Below, piece by piece: positions 29,461 through 39,994 of a stretch of 64,000 nt of DNA (position 1 is the stretch's first letter; each line of letters opens with the position of its first letter). The stretch lies in contig CAXXFK010000028.1 in the NCBI GenBank assembly GCA_963663965.2, positions 352,001 to 416,000 on the forward strand, given 5' to 3'. The translations under genes and the position numbers were made by a program. This DNA is from Sedimentisphaerales bacterium (GTDB lineage Bacteria; Planctomycetota; Phycisphaerae; Sedimentisphaerales; SM23-30). The notes under the pieces are model-generated. The model was given only the letters and a program-made list of their open reading frames with translations, was not told the origin of the DNA and did not search any database.

Positions 29461-30384
29461 GTGTGTCAATTAATAAGGATGCCGTTTTTGTCAAGGATGA
29501 CTGTACATCGATGGACTTTAATCTTGGTGCTGCTGGCGCTGGCCGGCGGGCGGATTGATCCCGTTTGGGCGCAGGCCGCTGAAACGACAGATAACACCAA
29601 TGTCACCACGGTTAACGGGGATAATAACACCAGTGTCCTTGATCGGATCAATACCGAACAGTTGGTCAATAACGCCACTCAGCCCCAAAACCTGACGGCC
29701 AGCCTGGAAATCCTCATCCTGCTCACGGTTTTGTCTCTGGTCCCCTCGATCCTGATCATGACCACCTGCTTTACCCGCATCGTGGTGGTGCTGGCGTTGC
29801 TGCGGCAGGCTATCGGAACACAGCAGTTGCCGCCCTCGCAGGTCATTACCGCCCTGGCGCTGTTTATGACCTTCTTTGTCATGGCGCCCACCTGGCAGCA
29901 GATCAACGCCCGGGCCATTCAGCCTTATGTCAATCCTGCCGAAGGAACCCAGCGTATTTCCGGAACCGAAATGATGGATCGGTCTGTGGCGCTGTTGCGG
30001 GAATTCATGATCAAACAGATTAACAACACCGACAACACCGAAGACGTCTATCTTTTCGTCGAATTCAATGACCCTGACGAAACCATGCAGGAAAAACTCC
30101 GCAACGCCGAACTCCAGTGGCAGGATGTGCCCACGGCCGCCCTGATCCCGGCCTTTATGACCAGCGAATTAAAGCAGGCCTTTCTGATGGGCTTTTATAT
30201 CTATCTGCCATTTCTGGTAATCGATATGGTCATCGCCTCGATACTTATGTCCATGGGAATGATGATGCTGCCGCCGATTCTGATTTCGTTGCCCTTCAAG
30301 TTGCTGCTGTTCGTCATGGTCGATGGCTGGCATCTCGTTGTGGGCACCTTGCTTTCCAGTTTTACCAATAATCCCGTAGTGTGA
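29461..30384 (+). CDS. fliP: Export gate protein FliP (start uncertain)
   Basis: TCFTRIVVV, QLPPSQV, PAFMTSEL, PFLVIDMV, MGMMMLPP, LPFKLLLFV.DGW. Confidence 0.96.
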   Translation: MCQLIRMPFLSRMTVHRWTLILVLLALAGGRIDPVWAQAAETTDNTNVTTVNGDNNTSVLDRINTEQLVNNATQPQNLTASLEILILLTVLSLVPSILIMTTCFTRIVVVLALLRQAIGTQQLPPSQVITALALFMTFFVMAPTWQQINARAIQPYVNPAEGTQRISGTEMMDRSVALLREFMIKQINNTDNTEDVYLFVEFNDPDETMQEKLRNAELQWQDVPTAALIPAFMTSELKQAFLMGFYIYLPFLVIDMVIASILMSMGMMMLPPILISLPFKLLLFVMVDGWHLVVGTLLSSFTNNPVV

Positions 30385-30659
30385 GTGAACAGATTATGGA
30401 TACCCAGACAGCGCTCGACATTGGACGCGAAACCCTGATGATCGCCCTGGTGGTCTCTTTTCCCATGTTATGCGTGGGTCTGGTCGTGGGGGTGGCCATC
30501 TCCATTTTGCAGGCGGTGACCCAGATCCAGGAAATGACCCTGACCTTCGTTCCCAAAATTATCGCGATGGCCGTCGCCATGGCCTTTTTTATGCCCTGGA
30601 TTATCGACAAACTGCTCACTTTTACGCGACAGATGCTCGGCCCCATGCCTGTCCCTTAA
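30381..30659 (+). CDS. fliQ: Export gate protein FliQ
   Basis: QAVTQIQEMTLTFVPK. Confidence 0.96.
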   Translation: MSEQIMDTQTALDIGRETLMIALVVSFPMLCVGLVVGVAISILQAVTQIQEMTLTFVPKIIAMAVAMAFFMPWIIDKLLTFTRQMLGPMPVP

Positions 30660-30805
30660 GAGGCTTTTTAGTGAATGTCCCCGCTCTTCGTTTTTAATAT
30701 AACGCTTACAATTGAAAATGCCCGCTAGACCGTGAGAGAAGTTCTACACGAGTAAAACTTATCTTGCGAGCGATCGGGAATTCTCGTACCCATTGGGTAT
30801 AACCC

Positions 30806-31579
30806 ATGCCCCTGACTGAAATACAACAATTTGTCAATCTGGCGCCGCTCTTTATCCTGGTCCTGTTCCGGATTGCGGCTCTGGTGGCTTTTGCGCCGCT
30901 GCTGGGAATGCAGGATATCCCCGTTCGCGTCCGGATCGTGATGGCGCTGGTCCTGACGGCCGCGGTCTGGCCGATGGTCCGCCCGGTCGTCTGGGAGCCC
31001 GATTCACTCGTCGCGCTGGCCGTTGGCATTGGAGGCGAAATCATGATTGGATTGGCCATGGGCTTTATCCTGACCTTAATGTTTACCGGGATCCGGGTTG
31101 GCGCCGAAATGGTCAGCCAGCAGATCGGATTTTCCATGTCTGAAATTGTCGATCCCGTTTCAGGATCTTCCTCGACGCTGATTGCCCAGTTCTTTATTTT
31201 GCTTACCATGCTCCTGTATGTCCTGATGAACGGCCATCTCGTCCTGATCCGATCGCTGGTCGACACCTTTTCCACGGTTCCGCTGTTAAGTTTCCAGACC
31301 AACCAGACCCTGCTGGCTGTCTTGCTGGCCGTTCTGACCTCGGCCTACCAGATGGGGATCCGGATCGCCGGCCCCACCCTGGCGGCGGTCTTTCTGGCGA
31401 CACTGGCCTTGGGATTTGTCTCCCGGACCATGCCGCAGCTTAACATTCTCGCGGCCGGATTTCCCATTCGCATTCTTTTGTCGATAGTGTTGTTGGTTGC
31501 CTCGATCGGGATGATCGTTGGCATTTTTGAAGAAAGTATCCTCTACGCCTTTCGTCAGATTGGCGATTTGTTTATTTAA
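30806..31579 (+). CDS. fliR: Export gate protein FliR
   Basis: EIMIGL, QQIGF, NGHL, SRTMPQLNIL..GFP. Confidence 0.94.
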   Translation: MPLTEIQQFVNLAPLFILVLFRIAALVAFAPLLGMQDIPVRVRIVMALVLTAAVWPMVRPVVWEPDSLVALAVGIGGEIMIGLAMGFILTLMFTGIRVGAEMVSQQIGFSMSEIVDPVSGSSSTLIAQFFILLTMLLYVLMNGHLVLIRSLVDTFSTVPLLSFQTNQTLLAVLLAVLTSAYQMGIRIAGPTLAAVFLATLALGFVSRTMPQLNILAAGFPIRILLSIVLLVASIGMIVGIFEESILYAFRQIGDLFI

Positions 31580-31591
31580 GAAAGTTTTCAT

Positions 31592-32674
31592 ATGCCAGCC
31601 GATACCGGCGATAAAACAGAAGACCCGACCCCGCGCCGACTCCAGGAGGCGCGCGAACAGGGACAGATCGCCCGCAGTATGGACCTCAGCGCCGCTGCCG
31701 GACTGCTGGCCGGGCTGGTCATGCTCAATATCTACGGCAAAGCCATGGTGCGGGGCCTGATGGATCTGTTGCAACAGTGTCTGACCCTCGATGATGTCCA
31801 CCTGGATGGACTGGGCGCGCTGAAAGAACTCTATCCCATCGTACTCAGCCATCTCTGGATGATCCTGGGGCCGGTCTTCCTGGTGCTGGTGGTGGTGGCT
31901 GTGGTTGTCAATCTGGCCCAGGTGGGTTTCCTGTTTATCAGTAAACCACTGACACCGAATCTCAACAAATTGTCGCCCCTGTCTGGTTTGCAGCGTCTCT
32001 TTTCCATGCGGTCCAGTGTCCGGCTGGTGATGAGCCTGTTCAAGGTGATCATTATTGGTGCCGTCGCTTTCGTCTCGATTAAAGGTTTTATTCCCGAGCT
32101 GATCGGTCTGTCCGGGCTCGCCTTTACCGAAGTCATTACCCATAGCGGCCAGATGATCTTCCTGCTGGGATTACGCATGGCGCTGGTTTTGTTCCTGCTG
32201 GCCGTGGCGGATTATTCCTACCAGCGCTTTCAGATGATGCGCGACCTGCGCATGTCCAAGGAGGAAGTCAAGGAAGAAATGAAACGCATGGAAGGCGATC
32301 CCACCATGAGACAGCGCCGCCGCGCCGTCGCCCGCCAACTGGCCAATCAGCGCATGAGCCAGGCCGTGCCCAAAGCCGATGTGGTGGTGACCAACCCGAC
32401 CGAACTGGCTATCGCCCTCAAATACGATCCCGAAAACATGGCCGCCCCCAAGGTGGTCGCCAAAGGCGCCGGCTATATGGCCCGCCGCATTCGTGAAATC
32501 GCTCTCGATAACAATGTCCCTATTCTCGAACGCAAACCACTGGCCCGCGCGCTGTTCAAGGCTTGCGAAGTCGGTGATTTTGTACCGCCCGAATTGTATA
32601 AGGCCGTCGCCGAAGTTCTGGCCTATGTCTTCCAGCTGGCCGGCAAGGGCTTTAATCGCTCTGTGGCCTCTTAA
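31592..32674 (+). CDS. flhB: Export switch protein FlhB
   Basis: KTEDPTPRRL, EEMKRMEGDP, VVTNPTE, PKVVAKG. Confidence 0.96.
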   Translation: MPADTGDKTEDPTPRRLQEAREQGQIARSMDLSAAAGLLAGLVMLNIYGKAMVRGLMDLLQQCLTLDDVHLDGLGALKELYPIVLSHLWMILGPVFLVLVVVAVVVNLAQVGFLFISKPLTPNLNKLSPLSGLQRLFSMRSSVRLVMSLFKVIIIGAVAFVSIKGFIPELIGLSGLAFTEVITHSGQMIFLLGLRMALVLFLLAVADYSYQRFQMMRDLRMSKEEVKEEMKRMEGDPTMRQRRRAVARQLANQRMSQAVPKADVVVTNPTELAIALKYDPENMAAPKVVAKGAGYMARRIREIALDNNVPILERKPLARALFKACEVGDFVPPELYKAVAEVLAYVFQLAGKGFNRSVAS

Positions 32675-32712
32675 CTGTGCTGACTCCTTTATCTTAATGC
32701 AATAATTCAAAC

Positions 32713-34818
32713 ATGGCTCAAACTGTCACAAAAACAAACCGGCGCACGATGTTGCTGAACGCGATCATGAACAGCAGGGAACTCGTCCTGCCGATCGCGG
32801 CGGTCAGTCTGATTTTTGTCATGTTGATCCCCTTGCCCACCTGGATGCTGGATGGCTTTCTTGCGGCCAATCTGGCCTTCTCCGCGGTGATTCTGCTCAC
32901 CACCATCTTTGTCCAGAGCCCGCTGGAATTTTCCGTGTTCCCGTCGCTCCTGCTGGTTGCCACCTTGTTCCGCCTGGTCCTGAATATCGCCACTACCCGA
33001 AAAATCCTGACTGCCGGCGAATCGCCCAACGCCATGCAGGCGGCCGGACAGGTGATCGAAGCGTTCTCGCGTTTCGTGTCGGGCGATTCGCTCATGGTGG
33101 GACTGATCATCTTTATTATTCTGGTCGTTATCCAGTTTGTGGTCATCACCAAAGGCGCCACGCGTATCAGTGAAGTCGCCGCCCGGTTCACCTTGGATGG
33201 CATGCCCGGCAAACAAATGGCCATTGACGCCGACCTCAATGCCGGACTCATCAATGAAGTCGAAGCCCGTCAGCGTCGCGAATCGATCTCGCGTGAAGCC
33301 GATTTCTACGGTGCCATGGATGGTGCCAGTAAATTTGTGCGCGGAGATGCCATCGCCGGCATTATCATTACCCTGGTCAATATTGTCGGCGGGATCGTTG
33401 TCGGCAAATTCCAGCACGGCATGGCCCTGGGCGAATGCTTCAAGGTCTTTACCCAGCTCACCATTGGTGATGGCCTGGTCAGCCAGATCCCGGCGTTTAT
33501 TATTTCGATTGCGGCCGGTCTGCTGGTCACCCGGTCGACGGCCCGCAGCAATCTGGGCTTTGAAATCATTACCCAGGTCACCAGCAAACCCGTCGCCTTG
33601 ATTGTCACGGCGATCTTCCTGGTCTTCCTGGCCATGACCCGGCTTCCCGCTATCCCGTTAAGTGTCCTGGCCTTCAGTTGTATCGGTATCGCCTGGGTGA
33701 TCGAAACCAGCCACAAAAAAACCGAAAGCAAACGGGTCGAACAGGAAAAGAAAGCGGCGCCCGAGGCCAAGGCCGATAAAATCGAAGAACTGCTCCCCGT
33801 CGATCGGCTCGAAATGGAAATCGGTTACGCCCTGATTCGTCTGGTCGATGTCAAGCAGGGGGGCGATCTGCTCAATCGCATCTCTTTGATTCGCCGGCAG
33901 ATTGCACTGGATCTGGGCATTATCGTTCCCAGTATCCGCATTCGTGACAATGTCCAGCTCGAATCCAATGCCTATAGCATCAAGCTGAAAGGAATCGAAA
34001 TCGCTCGGGGGGTCGTGTATCCCGCCCAGTATCTGGCCATGGATTCCGGGGTCACCACCGGTAAAATCGCCGGGATTGATACCCGTGAACCGGCTTTTGG
34101 ATTGCCGGCCGTCTGGATCCCCGAAAGCCGCAAGGAACAGGCCGAAATGATGAACTATACCGTGGTGGACTGCTCCAGCGTGCTGGCCACTCACCTGACC
34201 GAAGTCATCAAGAGTCACGCCGCCGAATTGCTTACCCGCCAGGATCTCAACAAGCTGATCGAAGCGGCCAAGGAAAAATCCAACGCCGTGGTGGAAGAAG
34301 TCGTCGGCGGTACGATGAAAGCCGGGGACATTCAAAAGATTTTGCAGGCGTTGCTGGAAGAACGCGTGCCCATTCGCGATATGGAGTCCATTCTCGAAAC
34401 CCTGGGCGATTGGGGCGGACGCACGCAGGATCTCGAAGTTTTGGCGGAATATGTCAGAAATACCCTTGCAAGAACCATCTGTTCGCAGTATCGTGATGAC
34501 GATGGTAAAATTCGATGTGTGACCATTGATCCCGCGTTGGAAGATACCATGAATCGGTATGTCGAAAGGACCGATCGTGGCAGCTTCCTGACCCTGCCTC
34601 CGGCGATTGCCAATCAGATTGTCCAGGCGTCCAGTCAACAGCTGCAAAAATTGATTGAACTCGGTGGACAGCCCGTGTTATTATGCTCGCCGCAAATCCG
34701 TTTACACTTGCGCCGTTTGATTGCGCCTCATATTAGTAATATTGCCGTTTTGGCCTATAACGAGATCGTACAGGGAACAGAAATTGAGTCTGTTGGTATG
34801 GTGGTGATTGAACAATGA
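32713..34818 (+). CDS. flhA: Export apparatus protein FlhA
   Basis: EVAARFTLDGMPGKQMAIDADL, FYGAMDGASKFVRGD, GDGLVSQIP. Confidence 0.97.
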   Translation: MAQTVTKTNRRTMLLNAIMNSRELVLPIAAVSLIFVMLIPLPTWMLDGFLAANLAFSAVILLTTIFVQSPLEFSVFPSLLLVATLFRLVLNIATTRKILTAGESPNAMQAAGQVIEAFSRFVSGDSLMVGLIIFIILVVIQFVVITKGATRISEVAARFTLDGMPGKQMAIDADLNAGLINEVEARQRRESISREADFYGAMDGASKFVRGDAIAGIIITLVNIVGGIVVGKFQHGMALGECFKVFTQLTIGDGLVSQIPAFIISIAAGLLVTRSTARSNLGFEIITQVTSKPVALIVTAIFLVFLAMTRLPAIPLSVLAFSCIGIAWVIETSHKKTESKRVEQEKKAAPEAKADKIEELLPVDRLEMEIGYALIRLVDVKQGGDLLNRISLIRRQIALDLGIIVPSIRIRDNVQLESNAYSIKLKGIEIARGVVYPAQYLAMDSGVTTGKIAGIDTREPAFGLPAVWIPESRKEQAEMMNYTVVDCSSVLATHLTEVIKSHAAELLTRQDLNKLIEAAKEKSNAVVEEVVGGTMKAGDIQKILQALLEERVPIRDMESILETLGDWGGRTQDLEVLAEYVRNTLARTICSQYRDDDGKIRCVTIDPALEDTMNRYVERTDRGSFLTLPPAIANQIVQASSQQLQKLIELGGQPVLLCSPQIRLHLRRLIAPHISNIAVLAYNEIVQGTEIESVGMVVIEQ

Positions 34819-36170
34819 AATTAAAAACTTTTAGAGCGGCTAATATGCCAAAAGCCCTGGCCCTGGTCAAGCAGCATCTCGGATCTGATGCCGTGATTGT
34901 GCATACCCGAACCTTCAAGCAAGGGGGAATGCTTGGCCTGGGCGCCAAAACGTTTGTTGAAATTACCGCCCGCAAACCCGAACCTTCCGAGTCGGCCAGA
35001 CCGCCTCGGGTATCCGCACCGGCATCGGGCGGGGTGAATAAACGGCTCGTCCGCATGTACTCACAGGATGCCAGTGTTCCCGATAAGAATGCTCTCAATA
35101 CCGCCGTGGCCCGCAGTAATCGCGCCGCTGCACGGATCGGCCCCGAACTCCTTAATGAGCCTGCCGGCAAACGCATCAATCTCGATCCGGCTACCATTAA
35201 AAAAACAGCCACGCGCGCGGCGGATATCTCATCGGATATCAGCCAGGAAATGGTGCGTGGCGAGATTTCCCAGTTGCGTCAGCTCGTCGAAAACCTGGTG
35301 CGCGAACAGCGCCAGTTGCACGCCCCCCAGATGCCCGAACAACTTTTCGATATTTATCTCGACCTCATCCAGCGCGAGGTTGCCGATGAAATCGCCAAAG
35401 AACTCATTCAGGAAGTCCAGCGCGACATGACCGGCAACCAGATCATGAGCGCCGATCTGGTCCGCCAGAAAATTGTCAATGTCCTTGACAATATCATCAG
35501 TACTGCCGGTCCCATCTGCGAAAATCTTGATGGCCGGGCTCGGGTGGTGGTCTTGATTGGGCCAACCGGTGTGGGTAAAACCACCTCCATCGCCAAAATC
35601 GCGGCCAACCTTAAACTCCGTCAGAATAAAAAGGTCGGACTGATTACCATCGATACCTACCGGATCGGGGCCGTCGACCAGTTACGCATGTATGCCCAGA
35701 TTATCGATGTGCCGCTCCAGGTAGTATTAACCCCCTCCGACTTGCGCGGCGCGATCGATGCCATGAGCGATAAAGATGTCATTCTCATTGATACCGCCGG
35801 ACGCAGCCAGAACGACGAACTGAAAATGCACGAACTGAAAACCTTTCTCAACGCGGCACAGCCCGATGAAATTCACCTGGTGATTTCCAGTACGGCCAAT
35901 CAGTCTCACATGCTCAGCGCCGTGGAAAAATTCAAATCGCTCGGCGTGGACCGTATCATTCTGACTAAATTGGACGAAGCGATCAGTTTTGGCGTCATAT
36001 TATCTGTTATGAAGAAAATGAACGCCTCCATCTCTTATATAACCACCGGTCAGAGTGTGCCGGATGATATCGAAGTGGCCGTGGGCCGAAAGCTTGCCCG
36101 GATGTTGCTCGGCATGCACAACCTGGATGGGATGGTAAGTGCCCATCTCGCCAAAGAATACACAGCTTGA
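34815..36170 (+). CDS. flhF: SRP-type GTPase FlhF
   Basis: GPTGVGKTT, DTYRIGA, DTAGRS, TKLDE, GQSVPDD. Confidence 0.95.
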   Translation: MKLKTFRAANMPKALALVKQHLGSDAVIVHTRTFKQGGMLGLGAKTFVEITARKPEPSESARPPRVSAPASGGVNKRLVRMYSQDASVPDKNALNTAVARSNRAAARIGPELLNEPAGKRINLDPATIKKTATRAADISSDISQEMVRGEISQLRQLVENLVREQRQLHAPQMPEQLFDIYLDLIQREVADEIAKELIQEVQRDMTGNQIMSADLVRQKIVNVLDNIISTAGPICENLDGRARVVVLIGPTGVGKTTSIAKIAANLKLRQNKKVGLITIDTYRIGAVDQLRMYAQIIDVPLQVVLTPSDLRGAIDAMSDKDVILIDTAGRSQNDELKMHELKTFLNAAQPDEIHLVISSTANQSHMLSAVEKFKSLGVDRIILTKLDEAISFGVILSVMKKMNASISYITTGQSVPDDIEVAVGRKLARMLLGMHNLDGMVSAHLAKEYTA

Positions 36171-36196
36171 CTGCCTGAGAAAATGGAGAAACAGCG

Positions 36197-37045
36197 ATGA
36201 TTGTTGATCAGGCCGAAAAATTAAGATTAATGGTTCGAAAAGCCAGAAAAACTGCCCGTGTGATTACCATCAGCAGCGGCAAAGGCGGTGTGGGCAAGAC
36301 CAATATCGCCGCCAATCTGGCCATCTGCCTCAGGGCCACAGGAAAACGGGTCCTGCTCTTGGATGCCGACCTTGGGCTGGCCAATCTGGATGTCATCTTT
36401 AATGTCCGGCCACGACTCAACCTGGCCCATGTCATCTCAGGCCAGCGCCATATCGATGAAATCACCCAGCGCGTTGCCGGAGGAGTGGATCTGATCTGTG
36501 GTTTGTCCGGCCTGGCCGATGCCGCCGACCTTAGCGATTTCCAGCGTCAGCGCCTTTTACAGGAACTTTCCACCCTGGAACATCAGACCGACTATATTAT
36601 TATCGATACCGGCGCCGGTATCTCCAGCAATGTCATGTGTTTTTGCGACGCGGCTGATATGTGCCTGATCGTTACCACACCCGAACCAACCAGTATTACC
36701 GATGCCTATACCCTCATCAAACGCATCAGTCTGAACGCCTCTGGCGCCAAAGTCTCGCTTCTGTGCAATATGGCTGAAACTCGCAACGAAGCGCGGGGGG
36801 TTTATCAGCGCCTGTCCAGTACCGCCCAGCGCTTCTTGTCCCTGTCGATCGCCGATGCCGGTTATATCCTGCGGGATAGCCATGTCAGTGACGCGGTCAA
36901 TCTCTGTGAGCCGGTGGTCCTGGCTTATCCCAGGTGTCAGGCCAGCTATTGTATCCTGGCTCTCGCTGGCAAAGTTAGTTCCGGTAACTCGCGACTGGAT
37001 GCCGATTCCGGGTTCTTCCGTAAGGTGGTTAACTGGTTCTTTTAA
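36197..37045 (+). CDS. flhG: MinD-like ATPase FlhG/FleN
   Basis: DQAEKLR, SGKGGVGKT, DADLGLAN, DTGAG, PEPTSITDAY. Confidence 0.93.
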   Translation: MIVDQAEKLRLMVRKARKTARVITISSGKGGVGKTNIAANLAICLRATGKRVLLLDADLGLANLDVIFNVRPRLNLAHVISGQRHIDEITQRVAGGVDLICGLSGLADAADLSDFQRQRLLQELSTLEHQTDYIIIDTGAGISSNVMCFCDAADMCLIVTTPEPTSITDAYTLIKRISLNASGAKVSLLCNMAETRNEARGVYQRLSSTAQRFLSLSIADAGYILRDSHVSDAVNLCEPVVLAYPRCQASYCILALAGKVSSGNSRLDADSGFFRKVVNWFF

Positions 37046-37070
37046 ACTTTGATGATTATTAAGCCGATAA
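37043..37070 (+). promoter_or_regulatory. Sigma28 promoter upstream of the hypothetical gene and fliA
   Basis: TAAA-N16-GCCGATAA. Confidence 0.7.
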
Positions 37071-37144
37071 TAACATAAGACTGCGTCTTATGAGACTGTA
37101 ATAGATAACACGTTGTTAATGAAGAAGTTATAAGGAATTCTTGC

Positions 37145-37456
37145 ATGACTCGACAATTATGCAGTGCTGGCCTGGCTTTTATAGGCTTCAGTATGAGTCT
37201 GATTATCGGACTCTTCGCGCAGAATTCTTATACCACCGTTGTGTCCCGGGCTCTTTATGTCATGATGGTCTTTTACATGCTCGGGCTGTTCATTTCTGTC
37301 GTGGGTGACCGCGTCATCCAGGAAAATTTTAACCAGGAAATCGAAATCCTGGAATCCCAGTTAGAAAGCAAGGTCTCGGAGGTAGCAGATTCGAGTGGGG
37401 CGGAGCCCAGATCGTCGAATTCGGCTGTCGCGGCCGAACCGGTTCCCGTTTCCTAG
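37145..37456 (+). CDS. Two-TM hypothetical protein
   Basis: Two hydrophobic helices; AAGGA RBS. Confidence 0.7.
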   Translation: MTRQLCSAGLAFIGFSMSLIIGLFAQNSYTTVVSRALYVMMVFYMLGLFISVVGDRVIQENFNQEIEILESQLESKVSEVADSSGAEPRSSNSAVAAEPVPVS

Positions 37457-37551
37457 AATGCCTGGTAGTGTTTTATGGTATTCCTGATTCGAATCGACCT
37501 TGCCCGTAGAAAGAGTGCTGAAAATCGACCCCTGTCTGAGAGGATAGAGCA

Positions 37552-38364
37552 ATGCTAAAAACCCAAAAGGAGAAAACTCAAGTCAACAAAGCTCAAAAAG
37601 AAGAAGAGTTGATGAAAATTTGGGTTAAATTCAAAAAAGATGGTAAAGAAGATTTCCGTAACCGGCTCATGGAAGAATATCTCTTCCTGGTCAAATACAA
37701 TGCCGAACGCATCTATGCCAAGTTGCCCGATGAGGTCGATCTTGACGACCTGATCAGTGCCGGTGTTTTTGGTCTGATGGATGCCATTAACTCCTTTGAC
37801 CTCGAGCGCGGTGTCAAATTCTCCACTTATTGCGCCCCGCGTATCCGCGGCGCCATCCTCGATGAACTGCGCAGTATGGACTGGGTGCCCCGTCTGGTGC
37901 GCAGTCGCGCCTCCAAACTCGAACAGGCCAGCAAAGAGTTCGAATGCGAGCACGGCCGCAGCGCCAGCGATGAAGAAATCGCCGGACGCATGGGCGTCAG
38001 TCAGGATGAATACATCAAACTCAAACGCGACGCCACCGCCGTCTCTCTGGTCTCGCTCAGCCGCAAATGGTTCGAAACCGACAGCCAGAAGGATATTTGC
38101 GAAATCGATGTCCTCGAAGATAAAAGCGGCGAAAATCCACTCCAGGAAATCCAGAAACGCGATCTCAAGGATGTCATGACCCGCGGACTCACCCGTGCCG
38201 AAAAACTCATCATCGTCCTTTACTATTACGAAGAAATGACCATGAAAGAAATCGGCGCCACCCTCGACCTTTCCGAATCCCGCGTCTCCCAGATGCACTC
38301 ATCCATCCTGGCGCGGCTCAAGGCCCAGATCCTCCACAAACGCCAGGAAATCCACGTCGGCTGA
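37552..38364 (+). CDS. fliA: Flagellar sigma factor sigma28 (FliA/WhiG)
   Basis: DDLISAGVFGL, RIRGAILDELRSMDWVPR, LSESRVSQMHS. Confidence 0.96.
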   Translation: MLKTQKEKTQVNKAQKEEELMKIWVKFKKDGKEDFRNRLMEEYLFLVKYNAERIYAKLPDEVDLDDLISAGVFGLMDAINSFDLERGVKFSTYCAPRIRGAILDELRSMDWVPRLVRSRASKLEQASKEFECEHGRSASDEEIAGRMGVSQDEYIKLKRDATAVSLVSLSRKWFETDSQKDICEIDVLEDKSGENPLQEIQKRDLKDVMTRGLTRAEKLIIVLYYYEEMTMKEIGATLDLSESRVSQMHSSILARLKAQILHKRQEIHVG

Positions 38365-38377
38365 CCCCGGCGTTCAC

Positions 38378-38543
38378 AAAGGGTACCTCTAAAAATTGCT
38401 TTAGAGGCGAAAGCGAGGATGGTTTTTCTCTGGCAAGGAACAAAGAACCGGGCATATTGACTATATTCACGGTTTTTTGTGACGCAGACCAGAGGAACAC
38501 CAGACCGCTTGCAGCCCTGAATGAATTATTTGAGGTTCCCTTT
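38378..38543. mobile_element. Putative MITE (~166 bp, non-coding)
   Basis: Imperfect terminal inverted repeats: AAAGGGTACCTCTAAAAATT versus AAAGGGAACCTCAAATAATT (reverse complement of the right end). Confidence 0.6.
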
Positions 38544-39128
38544 AGCCCTTATTCATCGTTTTTCCTATTCCGGCCGCAAAAGATTACTTTGCGGCTGTTT
38601 TCATGCGCGTTTATCTGTTTTTGAACTTATAATCATCTATTCAAAATCACGTTATTATACTCTGTTTGGGAACCGGGTCTCCATTTCAATCCATACCCCA
38701 AGCATGTCTCCAGCCCTTTTTAAGAGTATACATTGACAGTTGTCTCCGTTTTCTTGTTTACGATCGAAACCAACCTCTTCAACCCATAGTTCCCATCTCA
38801 ACCCATCGTCTCATAAATTCTTGACCTGATCGGTTACACGGGTATAAATGACTTATCGCCATCATCGGCGCTGAATAGCATGGATGTACCAGCTAACTTG
38901 ATTAACAAAACGGGGTTATGTGAAAAAATTGTCAACCATCCCCCATTCCTGTCGGGTTTTGATAAAAACCACCCACCGGCGTACGTAGATTACGATTATC
39001 TATTATTATCTTACTTTTATCTATTTTCTTTTATACTCATTGGGGTTAAGATTCAATGATATATTCGTCGAAAAGTGTATCGGTGCCCATTGCTGGCCAG
39101 GTTAAGGATCTGAATCAGGAGCATACAC

Positions 39129-39965
39129 ATGGAAAACAAATCCCTTAAAGGCTTCACGCTGATTGAGTTGCTGGTCGTTATTTCTATTATCGCCTTACTG
39201 GTCGCCATTCTCATGCCGGCGCTGGGCAAAGCCCGCAATCAGGCCAAAGCCACCACCTGCGCCGCGCATTTGCGTCAGTTCGGTTTGGCATGGAGTTACT
39301 ACGCCGAAGACAATAACGGGGATAATATCTGGTATGCCCCTTCAGGAGAATGGGCAAATGGCAAATTCTGGTTTTATCAGTTGGGGCCCTATTTCGGCGA
39401 TAAAAAATTTGGCACAGGGCAGGGAAGCAGCCAGAAAGGGGTCATGACCATTATGAACTGTCCTGCAACGCGTCCATACGACAACTCAAAATATTCAGAT
39501 CCAGCCACAAGTCCACGTTACGGTAGTAGTGATATGTCCTGGCAATGGAGAGCGTTAGACACTGGCCAGACTAACGTTCAGGATCTGCAAGAAGGAAGTT
39601 ATACACTAAATGGCTGGATGCAGAAAAGAGATGTTACTGATCCTAAATATTATATGAAATACGATACGACTAAAAATGATGTGCCTCTGATATCGGATGG
39701 CGGTTGGGTCGATACTTGGCCCCAGAATAACGAAGTAGGATTGTTATCCAGTCTAAAAGACGTACAGGGTTCCGGAATCCCCGGAACCGGCTATCGTATG
39801 TATCCCAATCAATTGACTCGAGTGCTGCTGGATCGTCATAACCGCGGCATCAATATCTTGTTCAAAGGCGCCAATGTCGAACGGGTTCCCTTGGAAGATA
39901 TCTGCCAATACAAATGGCACAAACAATTCACCCCGGTATTCAACCTGGCGTTACCCGCCCACTAA
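39129..39965 (+). CDS. Prepilin-type N-methylation protein (DUF1559/H-X9-DG-like)
   Basis: [28 protein letters not shown] motif; C-terminal [12 protein letters not shown]. Confidence 0.9.
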   Translation: MENKSLKGFTLIELLVVISIIALLVAILMPALGKARNQAKATTCAAHLRQFGLAWSYYAEDNNGDNIWYAPSGEWANGKFWFYQLGPYFGDKKFGTGQGSSQKGVMTIMNCPATRPYDNSKYSDPATSPRYGSSDMSWQWRALDTGQTNVQDLQEGSYTLNGWMQKRDVTDPKYYMKYDTTKNDVPLISDGGWVDTWPQNNEVGLLSSLKDVQGSGIPGTGYRMYPNQLTRVLLDRHNRGINILFKGANVERVPLEDICQYKWHKQFTPVFNLALPAH

Positions 39966-39994
39966 ATCGAACCCAGGCATCCATTCCCCCTCAC

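Noticed and set aside
32393..32404. FlhB NPTE instead of NPTH as loss of autocleavage
   Set aside because: The Asn-Pro scissile bond is intact; this is probably a benign variant.
14151..34818. Non-flagellar type III injectisome
   Set aside because: Rod, hook, stator, FlhF/FlhG and FliA genes show the system is flagellar; flagellin and ring genes are presumably elsewhere.
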